64,000 nt of DNA. It comes from an uncultured Prevotellaceae bacterium. GTDB taxonomy: Bacteria > Bacteroidota > Bacteroidia > Bacteroidales > Bacteroidaceae. Every line of letters starts with the position of its first letter. Position 1 is the first letter of the stretch. Shown piece by piece: positions 38,667-47,673 of this stretch. The notes beneath the pieces are model-generated. The model was not told the origin of the DNA. It saw only the letters and a program-made list of their open reading frames with translations, and ran no database searches. Where the stretch lies: the NCBI GenBank assembly GCA_902774925.1, contig CACYKE010000003.1, positions 26,281-90,280 on the forward strand. The letters run 5' to 3'. The position numbers and the translations under genes were made by a program.

Positions 38667-39239
38667 TTAGTCATCCGGATTGCCTTTATAATGGAAAGGC
38701 TGGATATTCGGATTATCTCCTGTGTACATGTCAGGTACTGTGGCGTCCTTGATGAGTTTCTGGTTATAGTCACCGCGAACGGCGCCGGTATTCATCAGGA
38801 GGTCGGAGTACTTGACAGTTGGGATGACAATGCCAAAGATACCGATACCCACACGCACACCCTCAGGATGGATGTTGTTGATGATACGTGCCGTCTTGAA
38901 GAACGTGTGCGGATAAATCTCCAACCTGTTCAACTTCTTGTAGGTCTCCCACAGCTCGGGATTCACCTCCGTACTGTCGGCATGTGTAAAGATACGTCCG
39001 ATGTTGCCTACGTAATCGTCGATGATGTCACTTTCAATGCTGTCGCTGGAAGCAATACATTCCGTGATGTTGTCTTCCATCTGCCAGCGCATATAGCTGT
39101 CAGAAGGACGTGAGATGGCTGCAACAATCAGCAAGACGATACAGATGGCGGCACAAATGATAATCTTTCCGAGACAACTGCCAGTGAATTGCTGGGCAGT
39201 GTTCTGTTTCTTGTAGGTGTTAGGATTAAACTGTTCCAT
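38667..39239 (-). CDS. hypothetical membrane-anchored protein
   Basis: 190 aa with one N-terminal TM (IIICAAICIVLLIVAAI). No domain recognised. Confidence 0.55.
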   Translation of the reverse strand: MEQFNPNTYKKQNTAQQFTGSCLGKIIICAAICIVLLIVAAISRPSDSYMRWQMEDNITECIASSDSIESDIIDDYVGNIGRIFTHADSTEVNPELWETYKKLNRLEIYPHTFFKTARIINNIHPEGVRVGIGIFGIVIPTVKYSDLLMNTGAVRGDYNQKLIKDATVPDMYTGDNPNIQPFHYKGNPDD

Positions 39240-39253
39240 GTTTATTTTTTTTT

Positions 39254-39288
39254 TAGTTGTTTAGGGTTTCGGGGTTAGTGACTATTGA
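39254..39288. repeat. degenerate heptad module x5 in the folE-downstream spacer
   Basis: tagttgt ttagggt ttcgggg ttagtga ctattga; overlaps the folE stop at 39282-39284. Confidence 0.45.
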
Positions 39289-39863
39289 TTATGCAATAGA
39301 TTCATGAATTCCTGACGGGTCTTGGCTTGGTTGAAGGCACCGCTGAATTCACTGGTGGTAGTGATGCTGTTCTGTTTCTCCACACCGCGCATCTGCATAC
39401 ACATGTGGCGGGCTTCAATGACTACCATGACACCCAGTGGGTGCAACGTCTCCTGAATGCACTGCTTGATTTGCAGCGTCATTCGTTCCTGGACCTGCAG
39501 CCGGTGGGCATAGATGTCCACCACACGGGCAATCTTCGACAGTCCCGTGATGTAGCCGTTAGGAATATAGGCAACGTGTGCCTTGCCGTAGAACGGCAGC
39601 ATATGGTGTTCGCAGAGTGAAAAGAAGTCAATGTCCTTGACAATGACCATCTGCGAGTAATCTTCGCGAAATAATGCCTGACGCAGTATCTCGTGGGCAT
39701 CCTGCTCGTAGCCTTGCGTTAGGAACTGCATGGCCTTGGCCACGCGCATCGGGGTCTTTTGCAGCCCCTCACGGTCAGGATTCTCGCCCAACAATTCCAG
39801 GATGCGGTGGTATTGTGCTGCCAACTCATCCAGTCCTGCGCGATATTCGTATTCTTCTGCCAT
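39282..39863 (-). CDS. folE: GTP cyclohydrolase I
   Basis: 193 aa. [22 protein letters not shown] and QVQERMT motifs are typical of FolE. Confidence 0.9.
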   Translation of the reverse strand: MAEEYEYRAGLDELAAQYHRILELLGENPDREGLQKTPMRVAKAMQFLTQGYEQDAHEILRQALFREDYSQMVIVKDIDFFSLCEHHMLPFYGKAHVAYIPNGYITGLSKIARVVDIYAHRLQVQERMTLQIKQCIQETLHPLGVMVVIEARHMCMQMRGVEKQNSITTTSEFSGAFNQAKTRQEFMNLLHNQ

Positions 39864-40463
39864 TTAGTCGTAAACTGTTATTTTCCCTTTGACGATGACA
39901 GCCTCAGTAAAGCCCATCTTCCGCAGACTGAGCAGCATCTGGTGTGCTTCCTCGTAGGTGCGGTAGTTGCCCACACGGCATATCCATCGTGGGGAGATGA
40001 AGTGAGTATAGACAGGTACTTCGGGGTAACTGCCCTTGATTCTGCTGGCCACGCTTTCTGCCTGTATGCGGTCTTTGCGTGAATTGCCGCCAGCAAAGGC
40101 CTGTACGCGATAACCGGTAACCTTCGTACCGCCAGTCCTGATTTTCTTGGTAATCTCCACGGGTGCCTCTTCGGCGGTGGTGCCGTTGTCAGTGGTGGTG
40201 GTTGGTTTCGTTGTCGTCGTAGAAGAGGTAGGGTTGGTAGGTTTCGTGGGGGAAGTAGGGGAGGTGGGGGTGGTAGGTTTTGTGGTAGTTGTCGTAGCAC
40301 CGAGCACGGCGCTGTTTACCAATTGGTCTATCTCCGCACTCTCCTCAATGGTCACCGTACCCTGCCCGGCCTTCTTTTGCTGGACACGCTGAGTAAACGT
40401 CTGTGCACTGGCATTGACGACAATGCCAGCACACAGCGTGAAAAATAGGATGAGACGTCTCAT
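39864..40463 (-). CDS. SPOR domain protein with a Thr/Pro-rich linker
   Basis: I use ATG 40463 (MRRLILFFTLCAGIVVNASAQ). C-terminal SPOR-like YRVQAFAGGNSRKDRIQAESVASRIK...WICRVGNYRTYEEA. Confidence 0.75.
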   Translation of the reverse strand: MRRLILFFTLCAGIVVNASAQTFTQRVQQKKAGQGTVTIEESAEIDQLVNSAVLGATTTTTKPTTPTSPTSPTKPTNPTSSTTTTKPTTTTDNGTTAEEAPVEITKKIRTGGTKVTGYRVQAFAGGNSRKDRIQAESVASRIKGSYPEVPVYTHFISPRWICRVGNYRTYEEAHQMLLSLRKMGFTEAVIVKGKITVYD

Positions 40464-40465
40464 TA

Positions 40466-41227
40466 TTACTTCTTCCAAGCATCGATGATGCCCTTGAAGT
40501 CTGCGCACTTCAGCGAAGCACCGCCGATGAGACCACCGTCGATGTCGGCCTTGGCAAACAGTTCAGGGGCGTTAGAGGCCTTGCACGAACCACCATATAG
40601 GATGCTGGTGTTGTCGGCAACAGCCTGACCATATTTCTCAGCAACGATAGAGCGGATGTAGGCGTGAATCTCCTCAGCCTGCTCAGCGGTAGCGGTCTTG
40701 CCGGTACCGATGGCCCAGATGGGCTCGTATGCAATGACGATATTCTTGAACTCCTCTTCGCTGAGGTTGAATACGCTACCCTCGAGTTCAGCCTTCACAA
40801 CCTCGTTCTGCTTGTTAGCCTCGCGCTCTGCCAGTGTCTCACCGATGCAGAAGATAACCTTCAGACCGTTCTTCAGTGCCAGCAGCACCTTCTCCTTCAG
40901 GATCTCGGGAGTCTCTTTGTAGTACTCGCGACGCTCTGAGTGACCCAGAATGACATACTGAGCACCCGTGCTCTTCACCATCTCAGCGCTTACCTCACCT
41001 GTGAAGGCACCCTTCTCCTTGTCGGCGCAGTTCTCGGCACCCAGACCTACCAGCTGAGCATCCAGTACGTTAGCTACTGATGCCAGGTGGATAAACGGTG
41101 TGCAGATAATCACGTCACAGTTGGGCTTGTCAGCCTTCAGTGCGTCGTTCAGTTCCTTTGCCAGGGCAATGCCCTCCTGCAGGTTCAGGTTCATTTTCCA
41201 GTTGCCTGCTACGATTTTCTTTCTCAT
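40466..41227 (-). CDS. tpiA: triosephosphate isomerase
   Basis: 253 aa from ATG 41227: [13 protein letters not shown]..., [25 protein letters not shown]. In the ORF track it is the C-terminal part of a 645-aa ORF. Confidence 0.9.
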   Translation of the reverse strand: MRKKIVAGNWKMNLNLQEGIALAKELNDALKADKPNCDVIICTPFIHLASVANVLDAQLVGLGAENCADKEKGAFTGEVSAEMVKSTGAQYVILGHSERREYYKETPEILKEKVLLALKNGLKVIFCIGETLAEREANKQNEVVKAELEGSVFNLSEEEFKNIVIAYEPIWAIGTGKTATAEQAEEIHAYIRSIVAEKYGQAVADNTSILYGGSCKASNAPELFAKADIDGGLIGGASLKCADFKGIIDAWKK

Positions 41228-42403
41228 TGTTGTGTTACTTTTAAATTGTTGATTGATATCTATATTTGATACTTTTTTCTTCTTAAGCCATTGTGTCCAC
41301 GTCCAAAGCCTGTCGGCAATGACCAGCAGCACGAGCGGCAGCACATACCACAGCAGAATGACCAGAATCTTGCCGGGGACCGAATTGCCGGGCATCTGTC
41401 CCAGTGCCGTATGTTCCAGACGTCCGTCCAGTGCCTGTTCGTCCGGCAGACGGTTGTGGCTCCACTTACGGATAATGACGCCGTCCTTCAACAACAGCAC
41501 GCCGGGATTGCTGCGAATCATGGTCTTCAGCGTTGTCTCGTCGGTCTGACAGTACGGATATTCCGCTCCAGTCATCTCACGCCATATATTGATGGCTTCT
41601 GGTCCGCTGGCTGTCAGACAGTAGAACGGGTATCCGTGTCCGGCAGCATATTCATACAGCTGGTTGATGCGGTCCAGCTGACTGTCGTCGGCCTGTTCCA
41701 AGTGCGGTGCCGCCATCAGGAACGTATAGCCTTTGTTCAGCAGCATCGGTTCCGTGATATCGTCTCCCTCGGCGATTCGTTCCACGAAGAAGTCGACGTA
41801 TGGCGAGTCCTGTCCGTCCATCATCTTCTGCCATCCCTCGCGCAGATTCGTTCCTACGTGGTAGGGGCGGAAATCGAAGTAGGGCAGGTCGTACAGCGAC
41901 CATCCCGACACGGCCAGTATGAATATTGCCGTATAGTTGATGACAATCCACTGGTTGCTCTTCGACACGAAGCGCATCATGTCCAGCGGCCGCCACGCAA
42001 CGAGGATGGCACATGCCAGCAGTACGACATTCTTCCAGAACGTCTGCCAGTTGGTCAATACCAACGCGTCACCGAAACATCCGCAGTCGCTTACGGGGTC
42101 GGCCACTGCCAGCCACAGCGTCAGCGGAGTCATCACGAGCATCACCAGCAACACCAGTCGCGACACCAGTCGGCGGCGGATGGCGAACATCAGGCAGATG
42201 CCCAACACAAATTCAATGGCCGACAACAGCACGGAGGCTCCCAGCGTCATAAAGTCGGGCAGTGTTCTGCCCAACCCCATCGCCGTCAGGTAGTCGGCAA
42301 TCTTATATTGTGTGCCCAGCGGGTCAACGGCCTTCACGAATCCTGACAGAATCAGTACGGTGGCCAATATAAACCGGGCTATGTTGACTATCGTCTTTCT
42401 CAA
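41228..42403 (-). CDS. DoxX-like membrane protein with a thioredoxin-like domain (BT_3928-type); no stop codon of its own, reads in frame into tpiA
   Basis: N-terminal 392 aa of the 645-aa ORF. DoxX-like TM helices ([18 protein letters not shown]...), CGCFG motif, and a late TM ([18 protein letters not shown]). The linker [19 protein letters not shown] looks like translated intergenic DNA. Confidence 0.6.
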
Positions 42404-42954
42404 TGCTCTTCTTTCAACTTTATCGCGCCAAACACGGCGTAGTTGATAATATCCATGTAGTTGGCGTCGATGCCTTCGCTGACCAGCGTCTCGCCGCCGA
42501 GGTTCTCAATCTCCTTGATGCGCTCAATCTTCGTCAGGATGAAGTCCGTATAGCTGCTCACCCGCATGCCTCGCCACGCCTCGTCATAGTCGTGGTTCTT
42601 GCGTTTCATCAGTTCCAGTGCTTCGTTGGCATACTTGTCGTACAGCTTCATGGCCTCTTCGACACTGATGTCCACCGTGTCGCTGAATCCGTTGTATATC
42701 TGGATGAGTCCTACGATACCGTAGTTGATGAGTGCAATGAACTCCGGTCGGATACCTTCTCCCACCAGTGACTCCTTCTTGATTTCCAGCGAACGGATAC
42801 GCTTGGCCTTGATAAACAGCTGGTCGGTCAGCGACGATGGTCGCAATATACGCCACGAAGCCCCGTAGTCGTGGAGCTTCTTCTCGAACAGCGTGCGGCA
42901 TTCACCGACGATCTGCTCAAACTGGCGGTTGGTTATTTCAAAATTACTTTCCAT
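42400..42954 (-). CDS. DUF1599 domain protein
   Basis: 184 aa with two internal repeats ([10 protein letters not shown]... and [10 protein letters not shown]...). Shows the 4-nt ATGA overlap typical of an operon. Family assignment is from memory. Confidence 0.6.
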   Translation of the reverse strand: MESNFEITNRQFEQIVGECRTLFEKKLHDYGASWRILRPSSLTDQLFIKAKRIRSLEIKKESLVGEGIRPEFIALINYGIVGLIQIYNGFSDTVDISVEEAMKLYDKYANEALELMKRKNHDYDEAWRGMRVSSYTDFILTKIERIKEIENLGGETLVSEGIDANYMDIINYAVFGAIKLKEEH

Positions 42955-42989
42955 TTCTTACCTCTTACCTCTCACCTCTTACCTCTTAA
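42955..42989. repeat. heptad tandem repeat CTCTTAC x5 (35 bp) filling the spacer between the PAP2 stop and the DUF1599 start
   Basis: ttcttac ctcttac ctctcac ctcttac ctcttaa. ATG at 42954-42952; stop TTA at 42986-42988. Confidence 0.9.
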
Positions 42990-44818
42990 AGATTCACCAT
43001 GAACGACAGTCCGATGGTAACATAGTTCATTTTCTTGTCCTTCTTGTAAACAACTGGGTCGAGCAACACGTTATAGGGTGATACGATACTGGTGCTCAAC
43101 AGGTCGTAAGTCGTTGGCGTCACCGCATGCTTCATGAAATTAAACGAATCGGCGGTCAGCGTGAAGGTCTTCTTCGTATAGTCGTAGTCAACGAACAGAC
43201 GCCACGAGAAGTTCGATTTATATTTATATGTCAGCGAAATGCCCGTACCCCACGACGTAGAACTCTCGGCACCCAGTGTCAGGTAGTCCCAATCGACGTT
43301 GTATTTCTCGCCAGTAGACTTTGGATCTTCTAGAATGAACCAACGGCCGAGTTCATTCTCGTAAATCTTACCGTTGGAAATCCACAGGTCGTATGGAATA
43401 TCCTTGACGTTACCCTCTGCATGACCGTCAATATCGAGTTCCTGCGTGAATGAACGTCCGATGAGCAACTTGGTGCCGAGTGCAAAGTGCTTGCTCAAGG
43501 GGATGTTAAAGTAGAGGCCACAGCTGGCGGTGAATTCTGCCAAATGGTCACTCTTCACCGTACCGGTCATGTTGGTGACGGGCAGGCCGCCTTCGCTGAG
43601 AGATGCTTCGGGGAAAGTCAGCTGAGCTTCATTATAAACGGGAGCTACTATTGTGGACCAATAATCAGTGGGGGAATCTGTGGAGATATAGTTATATTGT
43701 CCGAAACTTTTTGCCGACATGGCACGAACACGTAAACGGCCGCCGATACCAATATATTTATTGAAGAAATAAGCTCCCTCGGCGTCCACTACGGTAGCAG
43801 CACGGAACTGTATGTAGTCTTCCTCAGAGTCTACATCGCCTATTTCCATGATTCCGTATTTCTCGCGATCCTGCAGGTCGTTAAGGCTAAAGCCGATATC
43901 CTTGCCGCCAAGGCCTACACCCATCGAGATGCCGAAGAACGAAGGATTCTCGAAGTCCATCTCCAGATCGTTGCGCAACAGACCCTTGCCCTTGAACAGC
44001 AGGTCGCCGAAGGCATAACCGAGCTCGGTGGACAGAATACCAATACCTGCACCCGACATGACATCGGAAACCCAGTGGCGGTTGTTCAGCACACGCATCA
44101 CACCTGTAGCAGTAGCCACACCATAACCAGCTACCGAGAACCACGGCGAGCGCGTCAGACCATACTCCTTGTGCAACAATGTGGCACCAACGAACGACGT
44201 GGCCGTATGCCCTGAAGGCCATGCGTTGGCAGAAGAACCGTCGGGACGCATCTCTTTGGCGGTATATTTGATGCCATTCACGAGAATGGCCATCAATCCG
44301 TAGGACATCGCTGCGCTGGCCAGCAGTCGTGGCCAATCACTACGACCTTCATAGCCACCCAGTTTCAGACCAACCGTCAAGGCCGGACCGAAAAACTGTG
44401 TATAGTCGTCAATACCCGTCTTGAAGTCCGTCAGCAACTGTGTATTCTTCTTGCCGTCCTTGTTGTTGACACGGAACATGGCCTTGTCGCCCTTGATGAG
44501 CATACCGGCTACAAACAAGGGAACGCCCACGAATGTCATGTCGTCCATAAACTGATAGGGCTTCACGCCGGGATTGGTCTTCGACTTGAAGAAATCGAAG
44601 TCCATCTTCGGTAAAGCCTCGGGCATTTTCATGTCCAGCGTCAACATATCAGTTGACGGAATGTTCTCTGACCAATAGTCAGAGTGTGGCGCATTTACCA
44701 ACTCTGCCTTCATCTCCGGAACTTCCAGTTTCAGAGGTTCCGTTGCCGTAAAAGTATATGCAGCTGCAAAACTGCATATTCCGCAGACAATTATGGCCAG
44801 AATAGCTCGTAGTTTCAT
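42986..44818 (-). CDS. PAP2 superfamily phosphatase fused to a C-terminal beta-rich (outer-membrane-like) domain
   Basis: 610 aa. PAP2 motifs KYTAKEMRPDG, PSGHTA and NRHWVSDV. Confidence 0.75.
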   Translation of the reverse strand: MKLRAILAIIVCGICSFAAAYTFTATEPLKLEVPEMKAELVNAPHSDYWSENIPSTDMLTLDMKMPEALPKMDFDFFKSKTNPGVKPYQFMDDMTFVGVPLFVAGMLIKGDKAMFRVNNKDGKKNTQLLTDFKTGIDDYTQFFGPALTVGLKLGGYEGRSDWPRLLASAAMSYGLMAILVNGIKYTAKEMRPDGSSANAWPSGHTATSFVGATLLHKEYGLTRSPWFSVAGYGVATATGVMRVLNNRHWVSDVMSGAGIGILSTELGYAFGDLLFKGKGLLRNDLEMDFENPSFFGISMGVGLGGKDIGFSLNDLQDREKYGIMEIGDVDSEEDYIQFRAATVVDAEGAYFFNKYIGIGGRLRVRAMSAKSFGQYNYISTDSPTDYWSTIVAPVYNEAQLTFPEASLSEGGLPVTNMTGTVKSDHLAEFTASCGLYFNIPLSKHFALGTKLLIGRSFTQELDIDGHAEGNVKDIPYDLWISNGKIYENELGRWFILEDPKSTGEKYNVDWDYLTLGAESSTSWGTGISLTYKYKSNFSWRLFVDYDYTKKTFTLTADSFNFMKHAVTPTTYDLLSTSIVSPYNVLLDPVVYKKDKKMNYVTIGLSFMVNL

Positions 44819-44851
44819 CGTCTAATACCTAAATATTATTTTATTTGGGTG

Positions 44852-44859
44852 CAAAGATA
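44852..44859 (-). promoter_or_regulatory. -7 promoter box TATCTTTG for the PAP2-to-folE operon
   Basis: Plus strand reads caaagata, 34 nt upstream of ATG 44818. Confidence 0.45.
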
Positions 44860-44901
44860 ATAAAAAAAACTAAATTATCTCTCTAAACCCTAAATTTTTT
44901 G

Positions 44902-44909
44902 TACTTTTG
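44902..44909 (+). promoter_or_regulatory. -7 promoter box TACTTTTG
   Basis: 28 nt upstream of ATG 44937. Confidence 0.45.
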
Positions 44910-44936
44910 CAGCCGCATTCATTGATTTTACGCAAG

Positions 44937-46448
44937 ATGAAACTATATTCGGACGCAGCACTGGCAAAGATATTGGACAAAGATATCTTCCATCTTATCG
45001 GCAATGTTGCCGACGAGTTGGGGGTGGAGTGTTACGTCGTCGGGGGTTACGTGCGCGATATATTCCTCGAACGGCCTTCTGACGATATCGATGTCGTCGT
45101 CGTGGGTTCGGGCATTCGCGTTGCTGAGGCCCTGAAACAGCGTCTTGGCCGTCGTGCCCATCTCTCGGTATTCCGTAATTTTGGCACAGCCCAGGTGAAG
45201 GTGGCAGTTGGCAATTGGCAGTTAGCAAATAGCCAAGAGCCAGGAGCCAAGAGCCTCGAAATAGAGTTCGTCGGAGCGCGAAAGGAAAGCTACAGCCACG
45301 ACTCGCGCAAACCCATTGTTGAGGACGGCACGCTGGAGGATGACCAGAATCGCCGTGACTTCACCATCAATGCGATGGCTATCTGCTTGAACCACAATCG
45401 CTTCGGACAACTTGTCGACCCCTTCAACGGCATTGCTGACCTCGAAGACGGCATTATTGCCACGCCGCTCGACCCTGAGGTGACATTCTCCGACGACCCG
45501 CTGCGCATGATGCGTTGTATTCGTTTTGCCACCCAACTGAACTTCCAGATTGAGGACGAAACCTTCGAGGCCCTGCAACGGATGGCTGCACGTATCAAGA
45601 TTGTCAGTGCCGAACGTATCGAGGTGGAACTGAACAAAATCATGATGGCTCCTCATCCGAGCATCGGGTTCGAACTCCTCCAGCGCTCAGGGCTGCTTCA
45701 GATTATCCTGCCCGAACTCGCAGCTCTCGACATCGTTGAAAAGCGTGACAACCGTGCTCATAAAAACAATTTCTATCATACCCTCGAAGTCCTCGAAAAC
45801 GTCGTGATAGCCAACTGCCAAGAGCCAATGGCTAATAGCCAAAACATCCTTTGGCTCCGCTGGGCGGCCTTGCTGCATGATGTGGGAAAAACGAAGTCTA
45901 AACGCTGGGAACCAGGCATTGGCTGGACCTTCCACAACCACAATACCATCGGTGCCCGGATGGTGCCGCAGATTTTCCGGCGCCTTAAACTTCCCATGGG
46001 TACCGAGATGAAGTATGTCCAGCTGCTTGTCGACCTCCACATGCGACCGCAGGTCATTGCTGACAGTGAAGTTACCGACTCTGCCGTGCGCCGTCTGTTA
46101 AACGATGCCGGCGACTACATCGACGACCTCATGCTGCTCTGCGAGGCAGATATCACATCGAAGAACGAGGTAAAAAAACGGATGTTCCTCGAGAATTTCC
46201 GTATGGTTCGCGAAAAACTTGCCGATTTGCAGGTAAAAGACTACAAACGCCTTCTTCAGCCTGTCATCGACGGCAACGAGATTATGGAGCTCTTCCATCT
46301 CAAACCTTCCCGCGAGGTGGGTGTCCTCAAGCAATACCTCAAGGATGCCGTTCTTGACAACCGTGTTGAAAACGAGCGTGAGCCTTTGATGGCTCTCCTT
46401 CTCGAAAAAGCCCGCCAAATGGGTCTGATATCTTTACAGTCATCATAA
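44937..46448 (+). CDS. CCA-adding enzyme-like tRNA nucleotidyltransferase with an HD domain
   Basis: ATG 44937 (MKLYSDAALAKIL...). GGYVRDIFL...DIDVVV nucleotidyltransferase motif, FVGARKESY, RRDFTINA, LLHDVGK HD motif. Confidence 0.8.
   Translation: MKLYSDAALAKILDKDIFHLIGNVADELGVECYVVGGYVRDIFLERPSDDIDVVVVGSGIRVAEALKQRLGRRAHLSVFRNFGTAQVKVAVGNWQLANSQEPGAKSLEIEFVGARKESYSHDSRKPIVEDGTLEDDQNRRDFTINAMAICLNHNRFGQLVDPFNGIADLEDGIIATPLDPEVTFSDDPLRMMRCIRFATQLNFQIEDETFEALQRMAARIKIVSAERIEVELNKIMMAPHPSIGFELLQRSGLLQIILPELAALDIVEKRDNRAHKNNFYHTLEVLENVVIANCQEPMANSQNILWLRWAALLHDVGKTKSKRWEPGIGWTFHNHNTIGARMVPQIFRRLKLPMGTEMKYVQLLVDLHMRPQVIADSEVTDSAVRRLLNDAGDYIDDLMLLCEADITSKNEVKKRMFLENFRMVREKLADLQVKDYKRLLQPVIDGNEIMELFHLKPSREVGVLKQYLKDAVLDNRVENEREPLMALLLEKARQMGLISLQSS
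45203..45255. repeat. heptad repeat block in frame inside the cca-like gene (GGCARTT x3, then AGCAAAT, then AGCCARG x3.5)
   Basis: ggcagtt ggcaatt ggcagtt agcaaat agccaag agccagg agccaag agcc; encodes VAVGNWQLANSQEPGAKS. Confidence 0.85.
45809..45843. repeat. heptad repeat block x5 in frame inside the cca-like gene
   Basis: agccaac tgccaag agccaat ggctaat agccaaa; encodes IANCQEPMANSQ, just before the LLHDVGK HD motif. Confidence 0.8.
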
Positions 46449-46504
46449 CTGGGGTACTTGCCTAGGCCGTGAGAGGCCGACCCCCTTTAACAAAACAAGA
46501 AAAA
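46449..46504 (+). promoter_or_regulatory. candidate preQ1-I-like riboswitch (H-type pseudoknot with an inserted hairpin)
   Basis: P1 is GGGG 46451-54 paired with CCCC 46482-85. U 46455, A-C at 46480-81, A-rich tail UUUAACAAAA 46486-95. P2 is CUUG 46457-60 paired with CAAG 46496-99, 5 nt before ATG 46505. The downstream genes are yhhQ and queF. Confidence 0.6.
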
Positions 46505-47209
46505 ATGGAACAAGAAAAAAGAAAAGTCAGCGTGCTTTTTATGCTTTTCGGCACACTGTTCTGCGTCTGCCTGATAACGGCAAACGTATTGGAAACAAAG
46601 CAATTGTCTTTCGGACCAGTGAACCTGACGGCGGGAATCATCGTGTTCCCCGTGTCGTACATCATCAACGATGTGGTGTGCGAGGTATGGGGCTATGCAC
46701 GTACACGAATGCTGATATGGATGGGCTTCGCCATGAACTTCTTTTTCGTCATCATGGGAGCCATAGCCGACTGGATTCCAGGGGCTCCCTACTGGCATGG
46801 TGACGAGGGGTTCCATGTTATCTTTGGACTGGCTCCACGTATTGCTCTGGCATCGTTTATCGCCTTTATCGCCGGTTCGTTTATCAACGCCTACGTGATG
46901 TCAAAGATGAAGATTTCGGCCAAGGACAGTGGGGCATATCGTACGAATTTCTCGGCACGTGCCATCCTAAGTACGGTATTCGGTGAACTGACGGACTCCG
47001 TCATCTTCTTCCCGTTGGCACTGGGTGGCGTGATTCCCTGGGAGGAGATGCCGTCGCTGATGATTTCGCAGGTGACACTGAAGACACTGTACGAAATCGT
47101 GGTGCTGCCAGTGACCATTCGTGTGGTGGAATACACGAAGAAGCGCGATCAGGAGGATGTGTACGATGAGGATATCAATTATAACATATTTAATGTTTTA
47201 AAAATATGA
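46505..47209 (+). CDS. yhhQ: queuosine-precursor (preQ0/preQ1) transporter, YhhQ/DUF165 family
   Basis: ATG 46505 ([16 protein letters not shown]...). Polytopic. [17 protein letters not shown] resembles the YhhQ-family motif. 4-nt overlap with queF. Confidence 0.75.
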   Translation: MEQEKRKVSVLFMLFGTLFCVCLITANVLETKQLSFGPVNLTAGIIVFPVSYIINDVVCEVWGYARTRMLIWMGFAMNFFFVIMGAIADWIPGAPYWHGDEGFHVIFGLAPRIALASFIAFIAGSFINAYVMSKMKISAKDSGAYRTNFSARAILSTVFGELTDSVIFFPLALGGVIPWEEMPSLMISQVTLKTLYEIVVLPVTIRVVEYTKKRDQEDVYDEDINYNIFNVLKI

Positions 47210-47673
47210 ACAGAGAAAACGAGGGCCTACAGCAGTTAGGCCGCAAGACAGAATACAAGATGACGTATGCTCCAGAAGTTCTGGAGACGTTTGAGAACAA
47301 GCATAAGGAGAACGACTATTGGGTGCAGTTCAACTGCCCGGAATTTACGTCGCTTTGTCCGATTACCGGTCAGCCGGACTTCGCGGAAATCAAGATTGCG
47401 TACATTCCTGGTGAACGCATGGTGGAGTCGAAGAGTCTGAAACTTTACCTTTTTTCGTTCCGTAACCACGGTGACTTCCACGAGGATTGCGTGAACATCA
47501 TCATGAAGGACTTGGTGAAGCTGATGCAACCGAAGTATATCGAGGTGGTTGGGTTGTTTACACCCCGTGGCGGCATCAGCATCTGGCCTTATGCCAACTA
47601 CGGTCAGCCGGGCACGAAGTACGAGCGCATGGCCGAAGAACGATTGCTGAACCGTCAAATGGTTAACGGTTAA
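47206..47673 (+). CDS. queF: NADPH-dependent 7-cyano-7-deazaguanine (preQ0) reductase, type I
   Basis: 155 aa. [17 protein letters not shown]...[24 protein letters not shown]...[12 protein letters not shown] is near-identical in motifs to Bacillus YkvM/QueF as I recall it. Confidence 0.92.
   Translation: MNRENEGLQQLGRKTEYKMTYAPEVLETFENKHKENDYWVQFNCPEFTSLCPITGQPDFAEIKIAYIPGERMVESKSLKLYLFSFRNHGDFHEDCVNIIMKDLVKLMQPKYIEVVGLFTPRGGISIWPYANYGQPGTKYERMAEERLLNRQMVNG

Noticed and set aside
40190-40300. Thr/Pro-rich repetitive coding segment in the SPOR protein as a separate repeat element
   Set aside because: Low-complexity linkers of this type are common in SPOR and other envelope proteins. The nucleotide periodicity is weak.
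39261-44900. Telomere-like strings TTAGGGT (39261-67) and CCCTAAA (about 44887-93)
   Set aside because: These are single or double occurrences inside degenerate heptad modules. They are most simply coincidence and there is no array.
46451-46485. Reading the 46451-46485 stem simply as the intrinsic terminator of the cca-like gene
   Set aside because: No U-tract follows (only CUUU). The flanking nucleotides fit the preQ1-I pseudoknot and the queuosine gene context. This is retained only as an alternative explanation within the riboswitch finding.
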